Assembly (NCBI GenBank): GCA_050084985.1
Contig: JBITNC010000001.1
Location: 81,034,001 to 81,098,000 of the forward strand
DNA: 64,000 nt
Direction: 5' to 3'
Origin: Nageia nagi
Taxonomy: Eukaryota; Plantae; Pinophyta
The translations under genes were made by a program, and so were the position numbers. The number at the start of each line of letters is the position of its first letter. Within the stretch, counting starts at the first letter, position 1. The notes beneath the pieces were generated by a model, which made no database searches, was not told the origin of the DNA, and saw only the letters and a program-made list of their open reading frames with translations. Shown in pieces: positions 1 through 12,153 of the stretch.

Positions 1-590
1 AATTCTATGTACCCACTTCATTCTCAATTACTTCACCTCCTGGTTTCACTCTTATCTCAACTCCAAGTGAATCGATTGATGTGAAGAAGGTAGAGGGTTC
101 TTGATTCACTGACTCTGCAGTTTCAACACTCATATCACCTTAAATAAATTTTTAATTAATTATTAAACAAAATGAATAATAAATAAAAAATGATAATAAT
201 TAAAATATTTTTACAAATTTAAATTATGTAAAAATATTGCCACATGGAGTGGTTGGAGGCATAGATGTGATAGTACGTCGGCTGCAACTAGCTGTACGAA
301 AGGTCCCATTACCTTGCATCCTTTCTATTTCTTTTTTGTTAATATATTTACTTGCTTATTTCAACACTTGCTTAAGTGTTCTCATCTGTAAAAAATTTAA
401 ATAAATAATATTATTTATCTTATGAAATAAGTAGCAATATAGAAAATAAATTGATAATAAAATAGTACATACTAATACTTACAAATATTTTTTTGTCAAC
501 ATCAGGTTCAATTGATTATTTCTTTCCTCTTTTTTGTCTCGTCTCTTCTTCATCAATAGACCTCCTCCTCTCATCCTCTTCATTGCTCAT
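1..590 (-). pseudogene. Spliced minus-strand pseudogene of unknown product (exons 590-483, 385-241, 138-<1), possibly a CACTA accessory (TnpA-like) gene
   Basis: ATG at 590. Exon1 reads MSNEEDERRRSIDEEETRQKRGKK*SIEPDVDKKIF then gtaagt. Exon2 follows tttacag and reads MRTLKQVLK*ASKYINKKEIERMQGNG...TTPC (donor reads GC). Exon3 follows taag and reads GDMSVETAESVNQEP...EVGT*. Frame is preserved across both AT-rich introns. Product not recognised. Confidence 0.5.
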
Positions 591-1289
591 GATATCTAAA
601 TAAATAAAATAAATAACCCATTAATAAACATATAATAAATAATACCTTTTAAATTAAAATTAATAATTTAAAACAAAAATAATCTCTACAAATCTTAAAA
701 AATCTATTTAAAAATATTAAAATGTATTTAAAAACAAAAACATATTAAGATCATTAACATGTAAAAATTTAGGTTAAAAATTTGAGTTAATTTTTTTGGT
801 TAAATAGGGGGGTTAAAAAATTACGTTAGGGGGCTAGGGGGGGCGATTTATGGCTTAAGACTTTAGGTTAGAGGTCGGACGTTGAAAACATTTATGTTGG
901 GGGGGTAAAAAATTTAGGTTATAAGGGGATGGTTAATTTTTTTTGGATATAAGGGTTAAAAATTTAGATGTTTTAAATTATATTAAACTTTTAATTTTAA
1001 ATTTATTTTATTAAATTTATTAATTAAGTTAGTTATGAAGATTAAAAAAATTATATTTTAAAAAATTATTAAAAATAAATGATAAAAAAAGTCTAATATA
1101 TAACATTTTAGTGTCTCTTTTTTCTAATAGGAATAGGAGGATCAAGATTGGAGAAGGTAATTTTCCTAAATTTTTATGCAATTATTTTCCTATATGTTTT
1201 CTTTTGGTGAATTTTCATTTTTTATTTGGTTTTGGTTATGATCTCTAGTAAAAATTTTCAAAATTGGAAAACATCCAAGATTTTTTTCC

Positions 1290-1560
1290 AATTTTTAGAG
1301 AATTTTGGTTAAAACCTTAAGGTTTTTTCTAATTTTTATAGTGTTTTTAATAAATTTGATAAAAACCCTAGGATTTTTTTCCAAATTCTTAAAAAACCTA
1401 GCGAAAACTCTAGGTTTTTTTCTAAATTGTTAAAAATCTAGTGAAAACCCTAAATTGTTTTCTAAATTCTTAAAATCCAATGAAAACCCTAAATTTTTTT
1501 CTAAATTCTTAAAAAAATTGGTGAAAACCCTAGGGTTTATTCCAAATTCTTAAAAAATCC
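1290..1560. repeat. ~40-bp degenerate tandem repeat, each unit with a telobox-like AAACCCTA
   Basis: aaaacc(c/t)ta(gg/aa)...tctaaattcttaaaa recurs at about 1311, 1361, 1405, 1444, 1483 and 1524. Confidence 0.7.
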
Positions 1561-2229
1561 TTCAAATTTACAAAAAAGCTTATAGTTTTTACTAGTTTCA
1601 TGTAGATTTAAGAAACACCATATTTGTTTGCCCAAATTTTTACATTTATTTGTAAAAACCTAAAAATATATAGGAAATAAATGAAAATTTGCTAGAATGT
1701 GGTAGAAAATTCTTATTTGGCTAAAACAAATCCATAAAAATGAGGTAGAATGTTGTAGAGTAACCCCCTTTTTGTTTGCACCTACCAAAATTCGAAGTAG
1801 AAATGGTTTTGAATGTGTTTGGAATGAAAGTGATGGGTGTGGGGTAGGCCCTTTTGTTATTTAGTTATTATGGGTGCCTCTTGATGGAATTCCTGACACC
1901 GATCAATGTCAAGCTCATTGTCAGGAATAACATTAGGTCTATTGTTAAGAAAAAATAAATATAATTAAAAAATTAAAAACTTATAAAATTTAAATAATAT
2001 TTAAATAAATATAATTATATTTAAATAAAAAATTAAAATTTATATAATTTAAATAATACTTAAATTTAAAATAATAATAATTTAAAAAAATAAACTTTAA
2101 ATAATTTAAAATAATATTTAAATTTAAATATTTAAATGATTAAAATAAATAAATAAAAAAATTAAAAAATAATATTTAAATTTAAATAAATATATATATT
2201 TTTTTAAATTATATGTATAAATTATTTAA

Positions 2230-3100
2230 ATTAGAGGTTATGGTTTGGGATTAGAGGTTAGGGTTTAGTGTTAGAGGCTAGAGTTTCAGGTTTGGCGTTA
2301 GATGTTAGGGGTTTAGGGTTAGAGGTTAGGGTTTGGGGTTAGAGGCTAAGGTTAAGGGTTAGAGTTTAGGGTTAGTGGGACTTTGGGTTAGATGTTAATG
2401 ATTAATTAGTGGGAGTTAAGGTTATGTATTAATGGTTAGGGTTAGGGGCAGGGTTAAAGGTAAGGGTTTAAGGGTCTATAGTTAAGGGTAATAGTTTAGG
2501 ATTTTGGTGTTAGGAGTCAAGTTAGGGTTTGTAGGTTAGGGCTTGGTGTTATAGGTTATGATTAAAGTTAAGGGTCAAGGGTTAAGATTAGGGTTAATGG
2601 TAAATGTTAAGTGGTTTGAGATTAAAGAGGTTTAAAGGGTTAAGCATTAGTGGTTAGGGTTATGTATATTGATGATTAGTGTTAGTGGGAGTTAGGGTTA
2701 GGTGTTAATGGTTAGGGCTAGGGTTAAAGGTAAGAGTTTAAGGCTTTGGGATTAAGGGTAATAGTTTGAGGTTTTAGGGTTAGGATTCAAGTGAGGTGTT
2801 AATGATTAGTGTTAGTGGGAGTTAAGGTTAGGTGTTAATGATTAGGCTTAGTGTTAGGGTTAAAGGTAAGGGTTTAAGGGTTAAGGTTAAGGATGATAGT
2901 TTGGGATTTTGGGGTTAGGAGTTAAGTTAGGGTTTGGTGTTATAGGTTACAATTAAAATTAAGGTTCAAAGATTAAGATTAGGGTTAGTGGTAAGGGTTA
3001 AGGAGGTTTAAAGGGTTAGATGCTAATGGTTAAGGTAGTTTAGTGGTTAGGGTTAGGTGTTAATGATTAATGTTAGTGGTAGTTAAGTTTAAGTGTTAAT
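2230..3100 (+). repeat. Degenerate telomere-like array, G-rich (TTTAGGG/TTAGGG variants)
   Basis: Dense ttagggtt, gggttagggttagggg, ttaaggtt and tttaggg variants over about 870 bp. Confidence 0.8.
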
Positions 3101-3104
3101 GATT

Positions 3105-3940
3105 AATCGTAATGCAAGGTTGATGTTATATTATGTTATGTAAATGTAAATGCTATGTTAATATCAATGTTGTGTGAATTAAATTTAACGCAATGTTAGT
3201 GTTAATGCAATGTTAATAGTATTTTAATGGTATGTTAATGCAATGTTAATGCGATGTTAATACGATGTTAGTGTTAATGATATGTTAGTGTGATGTTAGT
3301 GTTAATGCAATGTTAATGATATGTTAATATGATGTTAATGCCATATTAATGCTATGTTAATGAGATATTATTGATTTGTTAATATGATGTTAGTGTTAAT
3401 GCGATGTTAATGTTATGTTAATACGATGTTAATGATATGTTAATGCAATGCTAGTGTTAATACGATGTTAATGCTATGTTAATACAATGTTAATGATATG
3501 TTAATATGATGCTAGTGTTAATGCAATGTTAATGTTATGTTAGTACAATGTTAATGATATATTAATACGATGTTAGTGTTAATGCTATGTTAATGCAATG
3601 TTAGTGTTAATATGATGTTAATGATATGTTAATGCTATATTAATGTGATGTTAATGCTATGTTAATAATATGTTAGTGTTAATAAGATGTTAATGCTATG
3701 TTAATATGATGTTAATGATATGTTAATGTGATGTAGGTGTTAATGCTATGTTAGTGTTAATACAATGTTAATGATATGTTAATGTGATGTTAATGATATG
3801 TTAATGCTATGTTAATGCGATGTTAATGCGATGTTAATGTTAATACGATGTTAATGCTATGTTAATGCGATGTTAATGATATGTTAATGCTATGTTAATA
3901 CCAGGTTAATACTATGTTAATGTTAGTACAATGTTAATAT
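3105..3940 (+). repeat. 10-bp minisatellite (ATGTTAATGN / GATGTTAGTG)
   Basis: Dozens of consecutive atgttaat(g/a)n units with interspersed 16-nt gttagtgttaat variants. Confidence 0.9.
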
Positions 3941-3958
3941 TGTTATTTTATTTTATAG

Positions 3959-4434
3959 ATTCATATGCATGATGCCTTTAAAATGAACATCAATTAGTTG
4001 GAGGTGATGACCAACCATTATTCTAAATTTCTTCAATTCCCATCACCATACTTATTGAGCCATAGAGCAGACTAAACTTGGATTTGATCACCAAGGTAGT
4101 ATTCCCTTAGGATAGGAATCAGTACTTTCTATTGAACGACTTTAAATAAGGGAGATGAGATTTATTTTGGGCAACACCAATTGACTAGTTAGTCAATCCA
4201 TTGGCTATGTCATTAAGGGTTGATACTCTTGGAAAGCTATTAACTAATCACTTGATGGTAATCCTTGCATCCTTTAGGGATACATTTAGTCACAATGTCG
4301 ATACTTAGCCTTAAGAAGCCTTTTATCTACCATATTGAGTTTGAAGCTCACATCGGTTAGATAAGGGTTAGATTGTCAATGGTGGAGGTAGAGTTATAAT
4401 GACCACTTCTAATATACCATTATGTGAATTGTTG
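3959..4434 (+). pseudogene. Decayed exon-like island between the two telomere-like arrays
   Basis: Flanked by acceptor ttttatag and donor gtaaga. Higher-complexity sequence reading ...WATPID*LVNPLAMSLRVDTLGKLLTNHLMVILASFRDTF...VNGGGRVIMTTSNIPLCELL. Product unknown. Confidence 0.35.
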
Positions 4435-4674
4435 GTAAGATATAGTAAACCCAACTTATAATTTTACCATCCTACCTTATTTTAACACCTTACCAGTATA
4501 CATTATAGGAAAATTAAAAAAAATAAAAAATTTCTTCACACTACGCATATTAATAAGATTTAATTAATTTATGAAATTGGAAAAAAAGATAATCACATCG
4601 TATTTCATATAAAGTAATTAGGCATATAGGTTGCTTGATGCACATTTGTAAAGTTGTAAAAAAGATAACAATGT

Positions 4675-5232
4675 AAACTCTAGTAGTCCTAAATCCTATA
4701 CCTTAAACCCTAAATCTTAAATCATAAACTCTAAACCCTAAATATTAAACCCTAGTAGACCTTATACCTTATAACCCTAAACCTTAAAATCTAAACCTAA
4801 ATTTTGAACCCTAATCCATAAATATTTAACCCTAAATATTAAACACTAAATCCTAATCCATATAATCTAAATCCTAAACCCTAAGCCTCTATCTTGAACC
4901 TTAAACTCTAAGCCTTAAATCTTTAACCCTAAACTATTTACCCTATACCTTATACCATATACCCTAAACCCTAAGCTCTAAACCTTAAACCCTAAACCTA
5001 TATCTTGAACCTTCAACCCTAAAGGTACCCTAAAGCATTAACTATAAACATTAAATATTAAACCTTAAACTCTATACTATAAACCCTAAACCCTAAACCT
5101 TAAATTTTTAACACTAACTATTAAACATTATACCCTCTTCTTTAACCCTAAATCTTAAACCTTGAATATTAAACATTAAACCTTAAATCCTAAATATTTA
5201 ACCTTAAACCCTAAAATATTGAGCCCCTAAGT
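4675..5232 (-). repeat. Degenerate telomere-like array, C-rich on + strand (CCCTAAA variants)
   Basis: aaaccctaaaccctaaacct, accttaaaccctaaa and similar. Opposite orientation to 2230-3100. Confidence 0.85.
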
Positions 5233-5379
5233 CATCATTTTTATTTCTAATTAAATATTTTTAAGAGTATCTCAACATTTTTAAATAATAGAATGTACTA
5301 ACTATTATTCTAAATTGATTTAATTATAAAACATGTAAGTGAATTCATTGCATCAATATCATCATTACCTTTTATCATT

Positions 5380-6937
5380 ATGTCGAGTCCTAAGAGGAGT
5401 GATGTATCATCTATTGATGAGGAGCTATCACCATTTCATCCTCCTAGGAGGGAGGATGTGTTAACCGATTCAAATGAGGATGGGATTATACCACCATTGA
5501 TTCTCAATGATAGTAGGATGGATGAGCATGAGGTATATGCATGTCATTAATGTGCATACAAATTTTATTAGAAATGTAAAATTTAATTTAAATAATATGC
5601 AATATTTAATTAGTTTATATTTATATGGATAATGTTATAGGAAGACAACTCCATTCCTAGTGACAACTTGTCTTTACCATCTAAAGATGATGAAGATGTT
5701 GAGGTAATTAGTATTTAATTATATTTTGGTTTTGTAGATTACCATCTAATCCTATCAACATTTCTTAGTTACATTTATGTTTTAATAATTAGGCCCAACG
5801 TTGACAATTATTATTAAAAAATCTTAAGTCAAGAAGGGAAAGAGATAATGTAGCCACATAGTTTTTTCTAGCAAGATGTACTTTCCCAGGATATGAATCG
5901 ATGGTTGATCATAAGATAATAAGATGGAATGATGCTATCAGTCTCTAGTTTAATGAAGTTATTTTATATGGGTGTTCAAGTTGTAAGAGTAGACAATGGT
6001 AATGAAGGAAAGTTGTAGAAATACATTATTATGATGTTGATGGCCTACCAAAGATAGAGGAAGCAATACCTCCTATAGTATGCAAAAATCCCTTTGATCC
6101 AGTTGAACCTACTAGATGTTATGAACATATAAAAGAGAATGTTAAATTAAAAACATAACCCAGAGACTCATCATATGAAAATAAAGGGCCATTTAATCTA
6201 CCTATTGTAAGAACGAGACATCAAGAACAACTTCAAATATCCCTTACACGTACTTGTGTAAAATAGGAGCTAGTTGAGCTACCATTTGAGGGTGTTGGTA
6301 ATTTAGATTTGTCAACTAATGAATTAAAATTATATAGGTATAGATATGACCATGTAACATACGATGTATGGCATGAATGATGTCCTTTTCCAAAAGCATA
6401 TGAGCCATTCATTTTTTATGGTAAATCATATGTGATTAAACCTTATGAAATTTTATGGAATGGTGGTATAGGCTTGCACATATTATCACTAGTGAAAGTC
6501 CATCTAGGTATGATAAGTTCACCATTTATGCCATTTATGGGCCAACTTATACTCATCAAGAATGGATAAGATTGAGTGCTTCTTTGTTTAGTATATCTAC
6601 ATATGGCATGTGTATAAATTCCTCAATAGTTACAGGTAATGATCATAACTACATTGATGATTGACCTAGGCTACATGGAAATATTGCATGATATATAAAT
6701 AGTTCCAAAGGCAATTGATTTCCAATGAATTATGAATTTCATGAATTTCCACATGAGAATGAATAATTAATGAGTAAAAAAGCAAAAAATTATGTATGTG
6801 TTGTTCCTATTGTAAATTTTAAATCTAGAGATGAGCTATTAGTATACTACAATTTTAGAATACCTATTCCTCCATGTAAGAAGCATTTAGAGTCAGTAGA
6901 TCCAACTATAATAATTAAACTAGGACCAAAGCATTGA
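5380..6937 (+). pseudogene. SET-domain protein pseudogene, 3 exons (5380-5532, 5641-5703, 5793-6937), with an N-terminal transposase-associated-like CxxC...H motif
   Basis: Phase-0 GT-AG introns. Exon3 holds one frame with stops: YGCSSCKSRQW**RKVVEIH ... YVIKPYEILWNGGIGLHI ... MPF, then a frameshift near 6537, then YGPTY ... YIDD*PRLHGNIA*YINSS ... VCVVPIVNFKSRDELLVYYNF. This matches SET motif order (GxGL; Y-x-G; D...GNxARFINHS; GEELxxDY). Confidence 0.7.
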
Positions 6938-7445
6938 GATAAAGGAGCTAATTCTAGTAATAATTGAATAACATTATAGTTATAGGAAGTTATGACTTGT
7001 TAAACATGTTATTCTATATCTACAAAACTATTAGAAGTGTTGTTATTGTTAAAGCTATTGATAGTTACTTGTTGGATATTGTGCTAAACAAATACATAAT
7101 CATGGATAGTGGTGATTTTTTCTTAGCAAATATTTGTTATTAAAAACTATGATGTATGTGTCCACCTAATAATCATGGATAATTGATATTGAAAAATGGA
7201 TAGTTGATATTGAAAAATGTGATGCATTTGTTCACCTAATAATAAGTAATATTATCATAAACTTAATTGTAACGACACCTTAAAAAATTTGATATATATT
7301 ACACTTGTGAAAAAAATATTACTATTTACTTTTATATTATGACATACTTGTTCATGATTTGTAATAACTAATTCATTGATAGGCACATCAACAATTACCA
7401 GATAATCATGACTGTTATGCAATATCATTTGAACATGTACCAATT

Positions 7446-10400
7446 ATGCATCAAAAAAATACAAATTGGAGATAGAGGAAGAGATTATATGAAGTATTAA
7501 GTGCTAAGGATTATACACATTTCTTGATAAATCCAAATCAAGAACAAAGTGCATTGAATGATTTAATTGAGTTGATATTCTATCCAAATGATGATGCTCA
7601 TCATACACATGATGATGATGCCTTAGAAAAAGAAAACTTGTATACTGCTTTTAAAACCCTTTTATATAAAGGAACACATTTGACCATGTTATTGAAAACC
7701 CTACTTTTGATGAATTATTTAAAAGCCAAACATGGGTGGTCAGGTAGAATTTTCACTGATCTTCTTTTGTATGTATTTTTAAATTTTCCATTAATATTTT
7801 AATTATGTATATATTTTTTGACATATAATATATAAATGATAATGAAATTTAATATATATATATTCTATTATTTGACATAAAATTTTTATTGTTATTTATG
7901 GTATTATAGGTTACTAAAAGAGAAGGTTCTTCCAGACGATAATGTCCTCCCTACTTCATGAAGAAAGATATGTGAAATTTTGAAGGATGTAGGTATAGAG
8001 TTTCATTCATACCATGCTTGTATTAATGATTGCATATTGTATAAAGAACCATATGAAAATTTGAGTGCATGTCCAAACTGTAAAGCAAATAGGTACCGAG
8101 AAGGAAAAAAAGGAAAAACAATTCCATAAAAGTTTATTCGCCATATGCCAATCATTCCTAGATTGATTCAAATATTTCAGTATAAGTTAGTTGCACACTA
8201 TATGGATTGGCATGCAACACATATAAGTGCATATGATGTATTACACATTAATATAGATAGTAGAGCAATGAAATATATAGAGGATAAATGGTCAGATAAA
8301 TTTCAACATGAACCTACGAGTGTCAGATTGTGTTTAGCAATTAATGGTGTTAATCCATTTTTTGTACAATCATATACTTATTTATTATGGCCTATTGTTA
8401 TAGTAAACTATAACTTACCTCCATGGATGTCTATAAAAAAGGAACATTTGATGTTGACTCTTATAGTTCCAAAAAAATATTAGGTGAAAAATATGGATGT
8501 CAACCTTGAACCATTAATTGACTAAATGATGCAATTATGGAATGGAATTGATAGTGTGATTCATATAAGTAGATCTATCCAAGAAATATCATTCACAATA
8601 CATGGCATACTATGTTAGAATATACATGACTTTCAAGGACTTACGATTTGTTCAAGTAAGTGTATGGTGTACAACCTCTATTACATATGCATTTTATAAG
8701 AAATCAACCTTGATATTGTAAATATTTGATTTTATCTTACTTAATGATCATGATTTCTAAAATAAATTTTTTTACATGCCTTCAGACAAAAGGTTATCAT
8801 GCTTGCCCACATTGTACAAAAAATCTCATAGCAAGGTATTCAAGTACGATGAATAAGATGGAATACCTTGGTAATAGAAAATATTTACCAATGGATCATG
8901 AATTTTGAGGATGTAAGGCATCACAGTTTGCTAGTGAGTTTGATTACTCCCTCACTCCCAATTATGTAACTCATAATGATTGGTTGAAAAAGTATTAGCA
9001 AAGTGAAGACATATGTTGGGGAAGATTTGATGAGGAACAATGGCATAATACCTAGATGATTTTACTGTTAACAAAGATGATTTACCCAAAGGTGAATTTT
9101 ATCAAATTTTATCATTATGTTTAATTATTATGAAAAAAAAAGTTTATAATATTTCAATTTCATTACTTAATTTACCAATTAATTATTGACTTTATACATA
9201 TTTTGTAGGCATGAAAAGATTATCAATCTTTTATGAACTTCCATACTAGAAGCACTTGTTAGTGGCACATTTAATGGATCCTATACACATTGTAAAGAAT
9301 ATTGCATCTTCTTTGTATCAGTATACAACAACTACAGACTCTGATACTATTAATGTAAGAAATGACTTAAGAGACACCAACACAAAGCATGCCTTATGGA
9401 TATCAAATAGAATGAAAAGAGCACGTGCTCACTTACCATGGATAATGTCTAAAGAAGAAGTGAATATGGTACATAATCTTATTAAAACCATTAGAATACC
9501 AACTCAGTATGGATCATCTCTAAGAAAAGCATTCACTACTAATGGTAAAATAACAAGATTAAAATCTCATGATTACCATAATTTCTTGAAGGTATTCTCA
9601 TAATATATGTCTATAGAAATTATTTTTTAGTATTAATATACATGTTTTCAAAATATAATGATTAATAATACTTGCATAATACACAACTTTATGTACAATA
9701 TATTTTTCCTCTTACAATTCATGGATGTAAGAATTTACCTCTAGATCTAAAAAAAGCAATTGGTCGACTATCAATATTTCTAAGGTATGTCATGTCATGT
9801 CATGGTACTACTCTATGAAAATAACATATGTTAAATTATTTTTATTTTTTAAGTTTTTTATATATTAATTTTTCATACATTTTATGATATAATATTTTTA
9901 TCAATTGGTAAAATAACTAGAAAGGAGATACATGTGAGCGAAATACCTAGATGGCATAAAGAAATTGCTAAAATTATCTATATCTTTAAAAAGGAAATGC
10001 TTGTTGTTTTTATGGACAGACAAGTTCACATATTGATCCACCTAGTAGATGATATAGAAAAAATAGGTGTTATAAGTGCTAAAATCATGCTTTTTTTTGA
10101 GAGATTTTCAAAAGTACTAAAAGCATTTGTTAGATAAAATCATGATCAGAAGTGTCAATGAGTGAGAGATACATTAGACAATAATATTTTTTTTATGCAT
10201 ATGAATATATTTCTCAAATCCATCCTTCTACACTAAACTTGTGGCAAGTAAACAAAGATAGAAAAATTTGAAGGAGAGATTTTGGAATATAATGAGACAA
10301 ATTATCCTATTAAAGGTACTAACAATATTAAATATATTAATAATTTATAATAATATGTATAACATGTATTTTAGATTTAATTTAATCAATACTTACTAAT

Positions 10401-10857
10401 TTATGTATATTGTGTCATCGTGATTTTACAAATTATCAAGAGTTTGAATCTATAAACCGCTTTATCATGATGAAAATGGAATGTTGCAAGGAGTGGATTG
10501 AATTCTACAAAAGTAAAAGAAGCAAACTTGCAGAAGAACGTAACTTGTTTTGTAGATAAAATCCAAGGGGTACACCTATACCTGCACATCTAAAAGACAA
10601 AAATTGGCCAACAAAGTGTCCAAGGTCATGATTAAGGGAAGAAATTGATGAGAAAGAAAGACAAGGAGATGAGAATATAAATGAAGATGTTGAAATAATA
10701 GCCATTAGGTGCAATCAAAATGTAATTATTATTAATTTATTGATATACATTTAATTTTTGATATTTTTTATAAGAGCATAATAGTTTATATATATAATGA
10801 TTGCACTAATAATAATTTTTATGTAAATATTTGCATGCATTGGTTTTCTCTTCAATG
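7446..10857 (+). pseudogene. CACTA/EnSpm Tnp2 (TnpD-like) transposase, multi-exon, 5' part
   Basis: LKAKHGWS; YHACINDCILYKEPYENLSACPNCKANRY; MPIIPRL; AINGVNPF...WPIVIVNYNLPPWMSIKKEHLML; KGYHACPHC; HLMDPIHIVKN; LKSHDYH; HILIHLVDDIE...FFERFSKVLKAFVR (Transposase_21 / DUF4218-type motifs). AT-rich GT-AG introns and many stops. Confidence 0.9.
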
Positions 10858-11108
10858 TACGTGTAGACTAAAAACAATGCATAAATAATAAATCAATGCA
10901 CTATTTGTTTACAATATAATATTGAAATATATATAAGAAATATGACATCAAATGAGCATGATAAACAATATACCTTCATCTTGAAGGAGAAACTCCAAAA
11001 GCCAAATATTGTATTAACTTGATCTCATATAAATACATTCATACTCACACACCTAAAACTATTAAGGATCACAAATTACCTTAATCCCTAAGGATTAGGT
11101 TTCCAACA

Positions 11109-11119
11109 TTCCCTCCTTT
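11109..11119 (-). promoter_or_regulatory. Polypurine tract, unit 1 (a second copy starts at 12777)
   Basis: Minus strand AAAGGAGGGAA abuts the LTR terminus TGTTGG. Confidence 0.88.
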
Positions 11120-11189
11120 AATCCGTAAGGGATTAAGAATACAAAGATGCCTCAAAGATGCTTTTAGGTATGCTGTAGATGCTACAAAA

Positions 11190-11335
11190 CATTTCTGGAG
11201 CCTTTTCTGGAGCTCATTTCTGGAGCTCATTTCTGGAGCTCATTTCTGGAGCTGGTCTGGTGCTCGTCTGGCGCTCGTCTGGTGCTCGTCTGGCACTCGT
11301 CTGGAAACATCTGGCACTCATCTGGCACTCATCAG
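11190..11335. repeat. 13-bp (catttctggagct) and 11-bp (c(a/g)tctgg(c/t)(a/g)ct) tandem repeats in the element's 3' internal region
   Basis: Seen directly. Unit 2 (about 12840-12910) has only the 11-bp type. Confidence 0.85.
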
Positions 11336-11922
11336 TTACACTGAGCCCAACAGCAGTGTTACGGTGTCAGGTCGATTCCTAACTACCATGTCTGGCACTC
11401 ATCAGGGGTTCATCTGGTGCTCTATTCTGGACCCCACTATCATCCCCACCTTTATCCTCCTCAAACAGCGGTAAGGGCTTCATCGATCCCACGTGGCATT
11501 CTTCCTCACTCCACATCATCGACAGACTTTTCAGCATGATAGATCTGACACTGTTATTGGTATCATTAACTGAAAAACCCACCTCAGAATTTCCTGGCCC
11601 AGTTCGGACAAATCGCTTTACGTGATGCCGCTCTCTCTTGTGCGCATTCTACCTGACTGCGACCAGGGCCAGCTGCTCCTCCGCATGTTGGACTTCCATC
11701 ACTTTCTCTTCCTGCACGCGAGGGCTCCAACCTAAGCTAGTCAGGTTGCTCATCCCATCCTCACGCGTTGACCTCCGTTCTATAGTGTTCTCTGCATTAC
11801 CCTTCGTGGAGTATGTTTTTCTTCAAATCCATAATTTCAGACGGCGTTCTCTCTCCTGCGTGTCGGTCACCGTGTCCATGTCGTAATGCAAACCCTTAGG
11901 AGAAGCAGTGTTGGTCGACATG

Positions 11923-12087
11923 AAAATCATGTTTATTCTTTTTAGCTAATGCTTTGGTCGCTCATTCACGAACCTCTACAGTGGCCCTCTCTATAGCAGC
12001 GCATTGTGCTCTGAGCCTCACCTCTGCTGCAGCCCTTTCAACAGCAACCTTTTCCCTTGCTTCTGCAGCTGCTCTTTCTCTTGCCTC
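11923..12087 (-). other. Captured fragments of an auxilin-related (J-domain) host gene
   Basis: EARERAAAEAREKVAVERAAAEVRLRAQCAAIERATVEVRE* is followed in frame by ATKALAKKNKHDF. These resemble two separate segments of plant auxilin-like proteins (ERAAVERATAEARER and ERAAKALAEKNERDL). Confidence 0.7.
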
Positions 12088-12153
12088 TATAGCTCCAAAC
12101 GCGTGCTTGTAGAACTTTATAGCTTCCGCAGCAAGAGGATCCTCCACCATCAA
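12085..12153 (-). other. Captured fragment of a glyoxalase/VOC-family host gene (At5g48480-like)
   Basis: LMVEDPLAAEAIKFYKHAFGAIE resembles the family N-terminal motif LLVEAPKAxDAVxFYKxAFGAxE (from recall). Confidence 0.65.

Noticed and set aside
2230-5232. Ancient telomere-telomere chromosome fusion site
   Set aside because: The orientation fits, but the arrays are highly degenerate, separated by 1.6 kb of other sequence and embedded among transposon genes. It cannot be supported without synteny.
6455-6664. 69-aa ORF as a stand-alone CDS
   Set aside because: It is a frameshifted piece of the SET pseudogene, and its N-terminal part is out of frame.
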